A stretch of 64,000 bases of DNA. It comes from Veleropilina oligotropha. Its lineage: Eukaryota. Positions 1 to 12,900 of this stretch are shown here, one piece after another (within the stretch, counting starts at the first letter, position 1; each line of letters starts with the position of its first letter). The translations under genes and the position numbers were made by a program. The stretch lies in NCBI GenBank assembly GCA_048128005.1, contig JBEUKZ010000054.1, forward strand, positions 248,001-312,000, written 5' to 3'. The notes under the pieces were generated by a model. It was not told where the DNA came from. It searched no databases and worked only from the letters and a program-made list of their open reading frames with translations.

Positions 1-1770
1 TTTGCGTATAAACCTGGACACAGCACAGAGACTGCACTCACCAAGATCCAAGATGATCTCCTGCGTACAATTGACGATCACGGCATTGCCATAATGATTT
101 TACTCGATCTAAGTGCGGCCTTCGATACTGTTGATCACAATGTGCTACTGGATAGATTAAACAATCTAGGATTACGTGGAACAACTCATAAATGGTTTCA
201 GTCATATCTATCTGGCCGTAACCGGTATGTCAAGATTGACGAATCTTCATCCTTCCTGATGCAACTGCTTTTCGGTGTGGCTCAAGGGTATGTTCTGGGA
301 CCCTTGTTATTTCTGGTATATCTCTTGTCACTGCAACACCTTATTCGGTCTCATGGAATGGAAATGCACGGATATGCTGACGATACCCAGCTATATTTAA
401 CGTTCAGCAATCCCAGTGACTCCGATGTGTTGAAAGCTGATTGTCATAGAGTTGAGAAGTGCTTATCAGATATACACTTGTGGATGACATCAAATAAGTC
501 AGAACTGAACTCTAACAAAACGGAAATCATGCTTTGGGGCACTCGCTAGTACCTCAGCACTATACATATTCCTTCAGTGGATGTTGCCGATACAGTGGTG
601 CTAGTTTCAGAAAGTCCAGTTCGCAACTTAGGTGTTGAACTTGATTCGTCCCTGACCATGGTTACCCATGTGAACAAAATGGTTAAGACGGCGAGCTTTT
701 ACATCCACAACATTGGAATAATTCGACGAAGACTAACCAATGCGACAGCGCAAACACTTGTCCAGTCGTTAGTGTTATCCAGACTTGATTACTGCAATGC
801 GTTGCTTTGTGGACTCCCTGGCGAACAGATACACAGGCTTCAAATTGTTCAGAACAACGCTGCTCGCCTGGTTACACTAACCAAGAAAAGAGAGCACATT
901 ACTCCTGTTCTAAAGAGTCTGCACTGGCTTCCCATCCAATTTCGAATCGATTTCAAGGTCCTACTACTCGTGTACAAGGCCATGCATAACGAGGCTCCAC
1001 AATATATTCATGATATGCTCATCGAGTACAGGCCGTCAAGACAATTGCGATCATCATTATTTTGCTCACTATACGAACCCAGAACAAAACTTAAATCTGC
1101 AGGCGACAGAGCATTCTCTGCCTATGCTCCACGCATTTGGAACAGCCTTACCTTGGACATTAAACAAGCTGTATCAACCAACTCATTTAAAGAGACTATT
1201 GCCCGTAAATTCACGAGTTGTCTCTGGTACGAGTTGAAATGACTCCCTCTATCGCACGGTTCGCGCAGATTGATACAAATATCGCGAAGATATGATCGAT
1301 ATATGATCAAATGATAGACTTTTATTGAAATTATTATTGTAACTGGGCAATATATGTTATTGTCAAGTAGAAAGCTATTTTAATTGCAACTGTGCTCCAA
1401 GTAGGTCAATTGGAAATGAACTCGGTGCGAGGTAATTAAACGCGGATCGCGTTTTATTATTTTTACGTATTCAGTAGCGATTAATTTAAACGGTAGTAAA
1501 TTACTGACGAAAGTTGAGTGTTGAAAATTCCTAACTTTTTGTGTTATAAACAAAAAGTGTGATGCTGTTAGTTTTCCTTTTAGCGCATTTACGGGCAATA
1601 GTCTCTTAAGAAAAAGCTAACAACACACTTCTTTAGACAATACTACATGTAGATTCATTCAATATGTATATGTATACTTTGCTATCTATCTGTTGTTAAG
1701 CGCGTTTGAGAATTTCAATATGGAAACCGCGCTATACAAGAAACAATTTTATTATTATTTATTATTATTA
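1..1770 (+). mobile_element. L2/CR1-group LINE, 3' part (ORF2 RT and C-terminus, 3' UTR, TTA tail); decayed, continues left of the window
   Basis: Motifs LLDLSAAFDTVDH, GVAQGYVLGP, YADDTQLY, SRLDYCNALL, HITPVLKSLHWLPI. ORFs 94-549 and 577-1242 share a frame, split by one TAG. After removing the 1191-1606 insert the frame resumes FKKKLTTHFF to a stop at ~1652. Tail aagcgc...gcgctatacaag followed by (tta)n to ~1770. Confidence 0.92.
1191..1606. mobile_element. Non-autonomous DNA transposon (MITE), PIF/Harbinger-type, inserted in the L2
   Basis: Perfect 20-bp TIRs agagactattgcccgtaaat (1191-1210) and atttacgggcaatagtctct (1587-1606); TAA duplicated at 1188-1190 and 1607-1609; removal restores the L2 frame. 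Confidence 0.88.
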
Positions 1771-2099
1771 ACGTGGTTGATGTTAACAATCAAACGTGAT
1801 TTGCCAAATAGCATACTATGCCCCTCTTTTAAAAATGGATTGTTTATTATTCAAATACAATTGACAATGCATGTACAACGAAATGTAACTGTGAAAATAA
1901 GTGATAAATTTAATTGAACTGGATTAGTTTTACTACTACTGTTAATAATTTTTCAGCTGTAAATGCAGTCGGTAAAATAATTGTGTTGACCCAATGGAAC
2001 AGATTTAACAAGACAATCGAAGATTCTGGATACTTCCAGTTTAATATGGAAGCCGGGACTGTCGCGGCTGCACCGTCTGGGTTGTATCAGTGATTAACA

Positions 2100-3430
2100 T
2101 TCCATTTTGCCCAGCGTTGTCTGGAGTGTTGTCTAGCAGACTTACAATGGGGAAACTTACTCATCAATCTGGATGACATCCTGATATATAGTTCGGACAT
2201 CAATACTCACCTGGATAGACTAGAGGAAGTATATGTACGTCTTCGTAATTATGAAGCTTGGATTCTGGTTCAGACTATTCCATCGAAAACGGAATCGTTA
2301 TAGAGGTGCCGACTCCGATATGTGCCAAAGATGTCCAAAATGTTCTTGGTTTTATAAGCTATCCTACTATACGTTGTTTGTTCCCATTTCCGCTCAGAAT
2401 GCAGCTCCCTTGACGATGCTTGTTAGTAAGGGTGGCTCCCTTGACAATGCTTGTTAGTAAGGGTAAGATAAAACATCTGCACCATTTGAATGAACTTCAG
2501 AGTGTCAGAAGTAGTTTGACACATAACGAGAAATTCTTTGTAATCCACCCATACTGGCCTATGAGTTTACACATTTTTTCGTCACCGCCAATGCAAGTTT
2601 CCAAAGTTTAGGTGTCGACCACTTGGGCAATTTTCAACCTTAACGCATTCGGGACACCCGGTTTAAGTTCTCATTCCGATCTGACCCAAAGAAGGGATAA
2701 AACATCTTTTATTATAAGCGGTAGAATAAGCCGCCGGTTGGCCTCGAACCCGACGCGCATTATCCACTCACCCGCCGAAACAGTTAACGATCCATAGGAG
2801 ATAATTCAATTATTGCTTTCTTTACTCAAAGGTTTGTGGTACGAACATATCATAATCCATTAAGATATTTGGGAATAGCCGACATCAGTGCAACAAAGCA
2901 GAGGTGAGTTGCTCAGCACGTGGCTGTGATTTTGTACAGAAGATCGGCCGGGCAAACACGAATGCAGATGTATTGTCGAGACTACCAAACACTAGAGTGG
3001 AAGTCCTCATTACTCACACCGAGCTCAAAGCGGTGTTGTGGTCTCATACAGAACTAGAGACAATATATGCTTTTCAAGAGGTAGGAGCTCTGGTTGACTG
3101 TGGAATTATTCATTTATTCATCTGGTTACACAAAAGAAGAAATCGCAAAACATCAAGTTGTTGATGAAGTTGTTAGCAAGGTGATTTGTTTTCTGCGTCA
3201 GCGGAAGAGACCGTCACGAGCAGAGAGGTTGAAACTACCAAGAGAATGGCAGAAGTGATTGGACAGGGAGGGGGGAGGACTTACCTAGAATGGTGTACAT
3301 CTAGTACCGACGAGCCTGGATCCTTGTGATTTTTACAAAGTTTTCACCGAACGAAACATGATCAGGCTGGTCATTTCGGTCGACGTACTCTAGTGTCAAT
3401 GAGACGGCAGTATTACCGGCCATCTTTGTC
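2100..3430 (+). pseudogene. Highly decayed Gypsy pol remnant (RT, RNase H, integrase N-terminus)
   Basis: Hand translation gives QRCLECCLADLQWGNLLINLDDILIYSSDINTHLDRLEEV (~2110-2231), DHNPLRYL...GRANTNADVLSRLP (~2850-2990) and HDQAGHFG (~3357-3380), with many frameshifts and stops. Confidence 0.7.
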
Positions 3431-3774
3431 CTATGGTGTTCACGAATGGGTTAGCAAGCGCAAGAGAGCACCGAAACTGCTCTTGTACGAGTACAACACA
3501 TCATCATCGCCATTTGACAACAGAGAGCAGTCCTGGTCTTATTGGATCTTTCGGCATAGTGAATGATAAACATCTAATACCAATAATGAAAGATATCGAC
3601 ACCTGCGACACCGCACTCAAATATTTCTCTTACCTTTACAACCGCAAGCAAATCTTTACTATTGAATCAGAGAGATCTGACCCACAGAAAGAGAAATGTG
3701 GTGCCCCACAATGATTGCTCCTTGGATTAATCCTTTTTAACATTTATACTGTTTCACTTGTTCGCCTCCTTTCC

Positions 3775-4075
3775 AAATTTACAAACTTAGCCGCTCGCAT
3801 TGTGGCAGGAAGTGTTAAAATTGATCACATGACTCCCGTTCTCCGTGATTTGCGCTGGCTTTCCATATGTCAAAGGATAAAATTTTAATTTGCTTTCAAA
3901 TCAAAGAACTACACAATTCTTCGGTAGTAGACAACAAATCAGGATCTTCTTGCAATTTTCTTCACGAAATATGCTGCTGTGTTGCAAAGAGGATTTGGTG
4001 TTGCCGGTCCACAATATTGACAAGCCACCAGCGTGACTGCTTTTAAATCCTTTTAGACTCATTTATTCAAGGAAT
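3775..4075 (+). mobile_element. Decayed L2 LINE 3' fragment
   Basis: Translates to NLAARIVAGSVKIDHMTPVLRDLRWLSICQRIKF and RGFGVAGP, matching the L2 C-terminus seen at ~850-1140. Confidence 0.65.
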
Positions 4076-4179
4076 ATTTGTCAAACAATGTTTCGACCAT
4101 ACTGTAATAATTTCATGAGAATTACATCCTTAGATCACTACAATGAAGTGAATATATGAAGGATGTCGTGCCAACTAAT

Positions 4180-5173
4180 CATGCTCCACTGATTTCCATG
4201 TCACATGGTGCTCCACTGGTCTCCATGTCACCCGATGCTCCACTGGTCTCTATGTCACCTGATGTTCCACTGGTTTCCATGTCACCCGATGCTCCACTGG
4301 TTTCCATTCACCCGATGCTCCACCGGTTTCCATGTCACCCGATGGTCCACTGGTTTTCATTTCAACCGATACTCCACCGGTTTCCATGTCACGTGATGCA
4401 CCACTGGTGTCCATGTCACCTGATGTTCCAGTGGTTGCCATGTCACGTGATGCTCCACTGGTTTCCATTCACCTGATGTTCGACTGGATTCCATGTCACC
4501 TGATGCTCCACCGGTTTCCATGTCACATGATGCTCCACCAGTTTCCATGTCACCCGACGCTCCACCAGTTTCCAAGATCTTCTATGCTCCACCGGTTTCC
4601 ATGTCACCCGATGCTCCACTGGTGTCCATGTCATGTGATGCTCCACTGCTTTCCATTCACATGATGCTCCACCGGTTTCCCATCACCCGACGCTTCACGG
4701 GGTTCCAAGATATCCGATGCTCCACTGCTTTCCATTCACATGATGCTCCACCAGTTTCCATGTTACGTGATGCTCCACCAGTTTCCATGTTACGTGATGC
4801 TCTACTGGTTTCCATGTCACCTGATGCTCCACCGGTTTCTATGTCACGTAACCTCCACTGGTTTCCATTCGCCCGATGCTCCACTGGTATCCATTCACCT
4901 GATGCTCTACCGGTTTCTTTGTCACATGATGCTCCACTGGTTTCCATTCACCTGATGCTCCACCGGTTTCTATGTCACGTGACACTCCACTGGTTTCCAT
5001 TCGCCCGATGCTCCACTGGTTTCCATTCACCTGATGCTCCACCGGTTTTCATGTCACGTGATGCTCCACTGGTTTCCATGTTACGTGATTCTCCACTGGT
5101 TTCCATGTCATCCGATGCTCCACCGGTTTTCATGTCATTTGATGCTCAACTGGTTTCCATGTCACGTGATGCT
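4180..5173. repeat. ~27-bp minisatellite (gatgctccactggtttccatgtcacct), left arm
   Basis: Directly visible diverged tandem units of 25-27 bp. Confidence 0.93.
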
Positions 5174-5690
5174 TGTTACAATATGAGGCCTAAGGTACTT
5201 AGTGAGTAGATCTTTATTAATGATTCATTACTATTGTATATGTTTTAATATTGAAATAATGTACTAATGACGAATTGCACTGAGCACCCCTGCCCAAAGA
5301 GATTGATCGTGACCTGTGATCTAATATAATTGTGTGTATATTATTAATGACAACTAGTTGCCTGATAGTAGCTATTGACGTCACGTAATACTGGCATATT
5401 TATATAACTGAAAGAGATTAATGATGTTGAGTTCAGAGTTCAAAATGAATGACGCCCGTATTCTGTAATTATGAAACATAATGTCATAAGAGTCAATTCG
5501 TCACTCCGTGTCAAAATGCGTGTATTCCTGATGAAATATTGGACGAGTTAATTTGAAAATAGCTAGACGAATCCAAAGCAGGTTATCCGATTGGTTGAGA
5601 TGAGGGTGGGAGAATTCGGTTTGGTGCCGGTGAGCGGCAGTCCTTACCTAGCTAACATCCTAGGAAGCACGTAAAAACGTGCGGGGCTCA

Positions 5691-5744
<54 letters not shown>

Positions 5745-6252
5745 TAGTTAGAATTTATATCTACGCTACGCTTGGCTTTAACAACATGGATGTATCTGAT
5801 GTAATTTGTACCATGTTGTGAACTATATAAATGAATTGTCCAGAATCTACTTCTGACTTTGTGATCCAGTAGCGAGATGTAAACTCGACTCCAGCGGATA
5901 GCATCTTGTCACGGGGATGTTATCTCATACCATCGCATTCCGGCATGGATAACACAATGGTCCTTTATGTTGGAATGACCCGAGTCGGCTGAGTAGACAG
6001 AAACATACATAGATCAGAGTATACCGTTAGCTGGAAATGGCTTTAATACCAGTGAACTGTTTATACTCCATGTGATACTAGACGACACGAATGATGAAGA
6101 CCATTAACCTCCCATCGTTGTTCTCCGGACATATAGAAATCCATTGCAGACGATTGAACAATTTATCTCATTAACACTGTAATGCGGTGACGGGCATTCC
6201 GCCGGTTATCGAAGTCCGAACTGGGTAACTTCTTCTGCTCCACATTGCAACA
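5174..6252. mobile_element. Solo LTR (~1.08 kb) inserted into the 27-bp minisatellite
   Basis: Begins tgttacaa and ends ttgcaaca (TG...CA, 7/8 inverted). 4-bp TSD tgct at 5170-5173 and 6253-6256. The minisatellite resumes in register after it. Confidence 0.8.
5695..5741. repeat. (TA)n microsatellite
   Basis: About 23 TA units. Confidence 0.97.
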
Positions 6253-6342
6253 TGCTCCACTGGTTTCGATTAACCTGATGCTCCACTGGTTTCCATGTCA
6301 CCTGATGCTCCACTGGTTTCCGTTCACCTGATGCTCCACTGG
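6253..6342. repeat. 27-bp minisatellite, right arm
   Basis: Three to four further units of gatgctccactggtttcc. Confidence 0.88.
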
Positions 6343-6905
6343 ATACTTTTGGGATGGATTACACGCTTTTGGAGAAAAGACGTCTGATGGGTGTGAAAAT
6401 TGTCTCGTGTTGACGGACGTGATTACCAAGTTTTACATCGCAGTACCAACTCGTGATCAGAGAACGGAGACTGCTGCAGATTGTCTCATCAAGAACTGGA
6501 TTGTATAATCTGGGTGTCTGCGTTCCGATCAGGGATGGAATTTTCAAGCATCGATCAATGACCAGCTGTGTCAGTGTTATGGCATCGATAAGACCAGGTC
6601 GATCCCCTGGCAATCTCAAGAAAACGGTGAGTTGAAGAAGGAATGGGACGATTCATGAAGCTTCTCCTCCAGAGATGCACCGAATACTGACGATGGCATA
6701 CAACAGTCATGTTCATTGACTGGCTATCTTCCATTCTGTCTTCTGATGGGATGTGATCCATGTTTACCCATCGACATAAATCTTGGCGCTGAACAGGATC
6801 ACGATTCATCTGATACCATGGATGAATGGGCGTTGAATCACCACGGAAAACTGAAGACAGCGTGTTATATTGCTATAAGGTCAATTGTGCCAAAGCAAGA
6901 AAGCT
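6342..6905 (+). pseudogene. Decayed Gypsy integrase core remnant
   Basis: Fragments GMDYTLLEK, LVLTDVITKF, AVPTRDQRTETAADCLIKNWI, SDQGWNFQ, TGYLPFCLLMGCDPCLPID across frameshifts. Confidence 0.7.
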
Positions 6906-9900
6906 AAGGGGGATCCAGGGGAGGGGGGATTCAGGGGGTTCGAGCCCCACTTTTTTCGACCAGTCGCCTTTTTGAAGGCAAAAAAATATCGCGTTTGCAC
7001 TGTCTGAAAGCAAGAGAGGGGGTTTCACACCTTCGCGTGGGGCCTTGCCCCAATGCAGAGTTGAAAGCAGGAGAGGGGGTTTCACACCTTCGCGTGGGGC
7101 CTTGCCCCAATGCAGAGTTGAAAGCAGGAGGGGGTTTCACACCTTCGCGTGGGGCCTTGCCCCAATGCAGAGCTGAAAGCAGGAGGGGGGGTTTCACACC
7201 TTCGCGTGGGGCCTTGCCCCAATGCAGAGTTGAAAGCAAGAGAGGGGGTTTCACACCTTCGCATGGGGCCTTGCCCCAATGCAGAGTTGAAAGCAGGAGA
7301 GGGGGTTTCACACCTTCGCGTGGGGCCTTGCCCCAATGCAGAGTTGAAAGCAGGAGAGGGGGTTTCACACCTTCGCGTGGGGCCTTGCCCCAATGCAGAG
7401 TTGAAAGCAGGAGAGGGGGTTTCACACCTTCGCGTGGGGCTTTGCCCCAATGCAGAGTTGAAAGCAGGAGAGGGGGTTTCACACCTTCGCGTGGGGCCTT
7501 GCCCCAATGCAGAGTTGAAAGCAGGAGAGGGGGTTTCACACCTTCGCGTGGGGCCTTGCCCCAATGCAGAGTTGAAAGCAGGAGGGGGTTTCACACCTTC
7601 GCGTGGGGCCTTGCCCCAATGCAGAGTTGAAAGCAGGAGAGGGGTTTCATACCTTCGCGTGGGGCCTTGCCCCAATGCAGAGTTGAAAGCAGGAGAGGGG
7701 GTTTCACACCTTCGCGTGGGGCCTTGCCCCAATGCAGAGTTGAAAGCAGGAGAGGGGGTTTCACACCTTCGCGTGGGGCCTTGCCCCAATGCAGAGTTGA
7801 AAGCAGGAGAGGGGGTTTCACACCTTCGCGTGGGGCCTTGCCCCAATGCAGAGTTGGGTTTCACACCTTCACGTGGGGCCTTGCCCCAATGCAGAGTTGA
7901 AAGCAGGAGAGGGGGTTTCACACCTTCACGTGGGGCCTTGCCCCGATGCAGAGCTGAAAGCAAGAGAGAGGGTTCACACCTTCGCGTGGGGCCCAATGCA
8001 GAGTTGAAAGCAGGAGGGGGTTTCACACCTTCATGTGGGGCCTTGCCCCAATGCAGAGTTGAAAGCAGGAGAGGGGGTTTCACACCTTCGCGTGGGGCCT
8101 TGCCCCAATGCACAGTTGGGTTTCACACCTTCACGTGGGGCCTTGCCCCAATGCAGAGTTGAAAGCAGGAGAGGGGGTTTCACACCTTCACTTGGGGCCT
8201 TGCCCCGATGCAGAGCTGAAAGCAGGAGAGGGGGTTCACACCTTCGCGTGGGGCCCAATGCAGAGCTGAAAGCAGGAGAGGGGGTTTCACACCTTCACGT
8301 GGGGCCTTGCCCCAATGCAGAGTTGAAAGCAGGAGAGGGGGTTTCACACCTTCGCGTGGGGCCTTGCCCCAATGCAGAGTTGAAAGCAGGAGAGGGGGTT
8401 TCACACCTTCGCGTGGGGCCTTGCCCCAATGCAGAGTTGAAAGCAGGAGAGGGGGTTTCACACCTTCGCGTGGGGCCTTGCCCCAATGCTGAGTTGAAAG
8501 CAGGAGGGGGTTTCACACCTTCGCGTGGGGCCTTGCCCCAATGCAGAGTTGAAAGCAGGAGAGGGGGTTTCACACCTTCGCGTGGGGCCTTGCCCCAATG
8601 CTGAGTTGAAAGCAGGAGGGGGTTTCACACCTTCGCGTGGGGCCTTGCCCCAATGCAGAGTTGAAAGCAGGAGAGGGGGTTTCACACCTTCGCGTGGGGC
8701 CTTGCCCCAATGCAGAGTTGAAAGCAGGAGAGGGGGTTTCACACCTTCGCGTGGGGCCTTGCCCCAATGCAGAGTTGAAAGCAGGAGAGGGGGTTTCACA
8801 CCTTCGCGTGGGGCCTTGCCCCAATGCAGAGTTGAAAGCAGGAGAGGGGTTTCACACCTTCGCGTGGGGCCTTGCCCCAATGCAGAGTTGAAAGCAGGAG
8901 AGGGGGTTTCACACCTTCGCGTGGGGCCTTGCCCCAATGCAGAGTTGAAAGCAGGAGAGGGGGTTTCACACCTTCGCGTGGGGCCTTGCCCCAATGCAGA
9001 GTTGAAAGCAGGAGAGGGGGTTTCACACCTTGGCGTGGGGCCTTGCCCCAATGCAGAGTTGGGTTTCACACCTTCACGTGGGGCCTTGCCCCAATGCAGA
9101 GTTGAAAGCAGGAGAGGGGGTTTCACACCTTCACGTGGGGCCTTGCCCCGATGCAGAGCTGAAAGCAGGAGAGGGGTTTCACACCTTCACGTGGGGCCTT
9201 GCCCCAATGCAGAGTTGAAAGCAGGAGAGGGGGTTTCACACCTTCACGTGGGGCCTTGCCCCAATGCAGAGTTGAAAGCAGGAGAGGGGGTTTCACACCT
9301 TCGCGTGGGGCCTTGCCCCAATGCAGAGTTGAAAGCAGGAGAGGGGGTTTCACACCTTCGCGTGGGGCCTTGCCCCAATGCTGAGTTGAAAGCAGGAGGG
9401 GGTTTCACACCTTCGCGTGGTGCCTTGCCCCAATGCTGAGTTGAAAGCAGGAGGGGGTTTCACACCTTCGCGTGGTGCCTTGCCCCAATGCAGAGTTGAA
9501 AGCAGGAGAGGGGGTTTCACACCTTCGCGTGGGGCCTTGCCCCAATGCTGAGTTGAAAGCAGGAGGGGGTTTCACACCTTCGCGTGGTGCCTTGCCCCAA
9601 TGCTGAGTTGAAAGCAGGAGGGGGTTTCACACCTTCGCGTGGTGCCTTGCCCCAATGCTGAGTTGAAAGCAGGAGGGGGTTTCACACCTTCGCGTGGTGC
9701 CTTGCCCCAATGCAGAGTTGAAAGCAGGAGAGGGGGTTTCACACCTTCGCGTGGGGCCTTGCCCCAATGCTGAGTTGAAAGCAGGAGGGGGTTTCACACC
9801 TTCGCGTGGTGCCTTGCCCCAATGCTGAGTTGAAAGCAGGAGGGGGTTTCACACCTTCGCGTGGTGCCTTGCCCCAATGCAGAGTTGAAAGCAGGAGAGG

Positions 9901-12900
9901 GGGTTTCACACCTTCGCGTGGGGCCTTGCCCCAATGCTGAGTTGAAAGCAGGAGGGGGTTTCACACCTTCGCGTGGGGCCTTGCCCCAATGCTGAGTTGA
10001 AAGCAGGAGGGGGTTTCACACCTTCGCGTGGTGCCTTGCCCCAATGCAGAGTTGAAAGCAGGAGAGGGGGTTTCACACCTTCGCGTGGGGCCTTGCCCCA
10101 ATGCTGAGTTGAAAGCAGGAGAGGGGGTTTCACACCTTCGCGTGGGGCCTTGCCCCAATGCAGAGTTGAAAGCAGGAGAGGGGGTTTCACACCTTCGCGT
10201 GGGGCCTTGCCCCAATGCTGAGTTGAAAGCAGGAGGGGGTTTCACACCTTCGCGTGGGGCCTTGCCCCAATGCAGAGTTGAAAGCAGGAGAGGGGGTTTC
10301 ACACCTTCGCGTGGGGCCTTGCCCCAATGCTGAGTTGAAAGCAGGAGGGGGTTTCACACCTTCGCGTGGGGCCTTGCCCCAATGCAGAGTTGAAAGCAGG
10401 AGAGGGGGTTTCACACCTTCGCGTGGGACCTTGCCCCAATGCAGAGTTGAAAGCAGGAGAGGGGGTTTCACACCTTCGCGTGGGGCCTTGCCCCAATGCA
10501 GAGTTGGGTTTCACACCTTCACGTGGGGCCTTGCCCCAATGCAGAGTTGAAAGCAGGAGAGGGGGTTTCACACCTTCACGTGGGGCCTTGCCCCGATGCA
10601 GAGCTGAAAGCAAGAGAGAGGGTTCACACCTTCGCGTGGGGCCCAATGCAGAGTTGAAAGCAGGAGGGGGTTTCACACCTTCATGTGGGGCCTTGCCCCA
10701 ATGCAGAGTTGAAAGCAGGAGAGGGGGTTTCACACCTTCGCGTGGGGCCTTGCCCCAATGCACAGTTGGGTTTCACACCTTCACGTGGGGCCTTGCCCCA
10801 ATGCAGAGTTGAAAGCAGGAGAGGGGGTTTCACACCTTCACGTGGGGCCTTGCCCCAATGCAGAGTTGAAAGCAGGAGAGGGGGTTTCACACCTTCACGT
10901 GGGGCCTTGCCCCGATGCAGAGCTGAAAGCAGGAGAGGGGGTTCACACCTTCGCGTGGGGCCCAATGCAGAGCTGAAAGCAGGAGAGGGGGTTTCACACC
11001 TTCACGTGGGGCCTTGCCCCAATGCAGAGTTGAAAGCAGGAGAGGGGGTTTCACACCTTCGCGTGGGGCCTTGCCCCAATGCAGAGTTGAAAGCAGGAGA
11101 GGGGGTTTCACACCTTCGCGTGGGGCCTTGCCCCAATGCAGAGTTGAAAGCAGGAGAGGGGGTTTCACACCTTCGCGTGGGGCCTTGCCCCAATGCTGAG
11201 TTGAAAGCAGGAGGGGGTTTCACACCTTCGCGTGGGGCCTTGCCCCAATGCAGAGTTGAAAGCAGGAGAGGGGGTTTCACACCTTCGCGTGGGGCCTTGC
11301 CCCAATGCTGAGTTGAAAGCAGGAGTGGGTTTCACACCTTCGCGTGGGGCCTTGCCCCAATGCAGAGTTGAAAGCAGGAGAGGGGGTTTCACACCTTCGC
11401 GTGGGGCCTTGCCCCAATGCAGAGTTGAAAGCAGGAGAGGGGGTTTCACACCTTCGCGTGGGGCCTTGCCCCAATGCAGAGTTGAAAGCAGGAGAGGGGG
11501 TTTCACACCTTCGCGTGGGGCCTTGCCCCAATGCAGAGTTGAAAGCAGGAGAGGGGTTTCACACCTTCGCGTGGGGCCTTGCCCCAATGCAGAGTTGAAA
11601 GCAGGAGAGGGGGTTTCACACCTTCGCGTGGGGCCTTGCCCCAATGCAGAGTTGAAAGCAGGAGAGGGGGTTTCACACCTTCGCGTGGGGCCTTGCCCCA
11701 ATGCAGAGTTGAAAGCAGGAGAGGGGGTTTCACACCTTCGCGTGGGGCCTTGCCCCAATGCAGAGTTGAAAGCAGGAGAGGGGGTTTCACACCTTCGGGT
11801 GGGCCTTGCCCCAATGCAGAGTTGGGTTTCACACCTTCACGTGGGGCCTTGCCCCAATGCAGAGTTGAAAGCAGGAGAGGGGGTTTCACACCTTCACGTG
11901 GGGCCTTGCCCCGATGCAGAGCTGAAAGCAGGAGAGGGGTTTCACACCTTCACGTGGGGCCTTGCCCCAATGCAGAGTTGAAAGCAGGAGAGGGGGTTTC
12001 ACACCTTCACGTGGGGCCTTGCCCCAATGCAGAGTTGAAAGCAGGAGAGGGGGTTTCACACCTTCGCGTGGGGCCTTGCCCCAATGCAGAGTTGAAAGCA
12101 GGAGAGGGGGTTTCACACCTTCGCGTGGGGCATTGCCCCAATGCTGAGTTGAAAGCAGGAGGGGGTTTCACACCTTCGCGTGGTGCCTTGCCCCAATGCT
12201 GAGTTGAAAGCAGGAGGGGGTTTCACACCTTCGCGTGGTGCCTTGCCCCAATGCAGAGTTGAAAGCAGGAGAGGGGGTTTCACACCTTCGCGTGGGGCCT
12301 TGCCCCAATGCTGAGTTGAAAGCAGGAGGGGGTTTCACACCTTCGCGTGGTGCCTTGCCCCAATGCTGAGTTGAAAGCAGGAGGGGGTTTCACACCTTCG
12401 CTGGTGCCTTGCCCCAATGCTGAGTTGAAAGCAGGAGGGGGTTTCACACCTTCGCGTGGTGCCTTGCCCCAATGCAGAGTTGAAAGCAGGAGAGGGGGTT
12501 TCACACCTTCGCGTGGGGCCTTGCCCCAATGCTGAGTTGAAAGCAGGAGGGGGTTTCACACCGCGTGGGGCCTTGCCCCAATGCTGAGTTGAAAGCAGGA
12601 GGGGGTTTCACACCTTCGCGTGGTGCCTTACCCCAATGCAGAGTTGAAAGCAGGAGAGGGGGTTTCACACCTTCGCGTGGGGCCTTGCCCCAATGCTGAG
12701 TTGAAAGCAGGAGAGGGGGTTTCACACCTTCGCGTGGGGCCTTGCCCCAATGCTGAGTTGAAAGCAGGAGAGGGGGTTTCACACCTTCGCGTGGGGCCTT
12801 GCCCCAATGCTGAGTTGAAAGCAGGAGAGGGGGTTTCACACCTTCGCGTGGGGCCTTGCCCCAATGCTGAGTTGAAAGCAGGAGAGGGGGTTTCACACCT

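Noticed and set aside
4156..5209. Pro/Ser-rich ORFs (MSPDAPLVS repeats)
   Set aside because: Translations of the 27-bp minisatellite, with frequent frameshifts.
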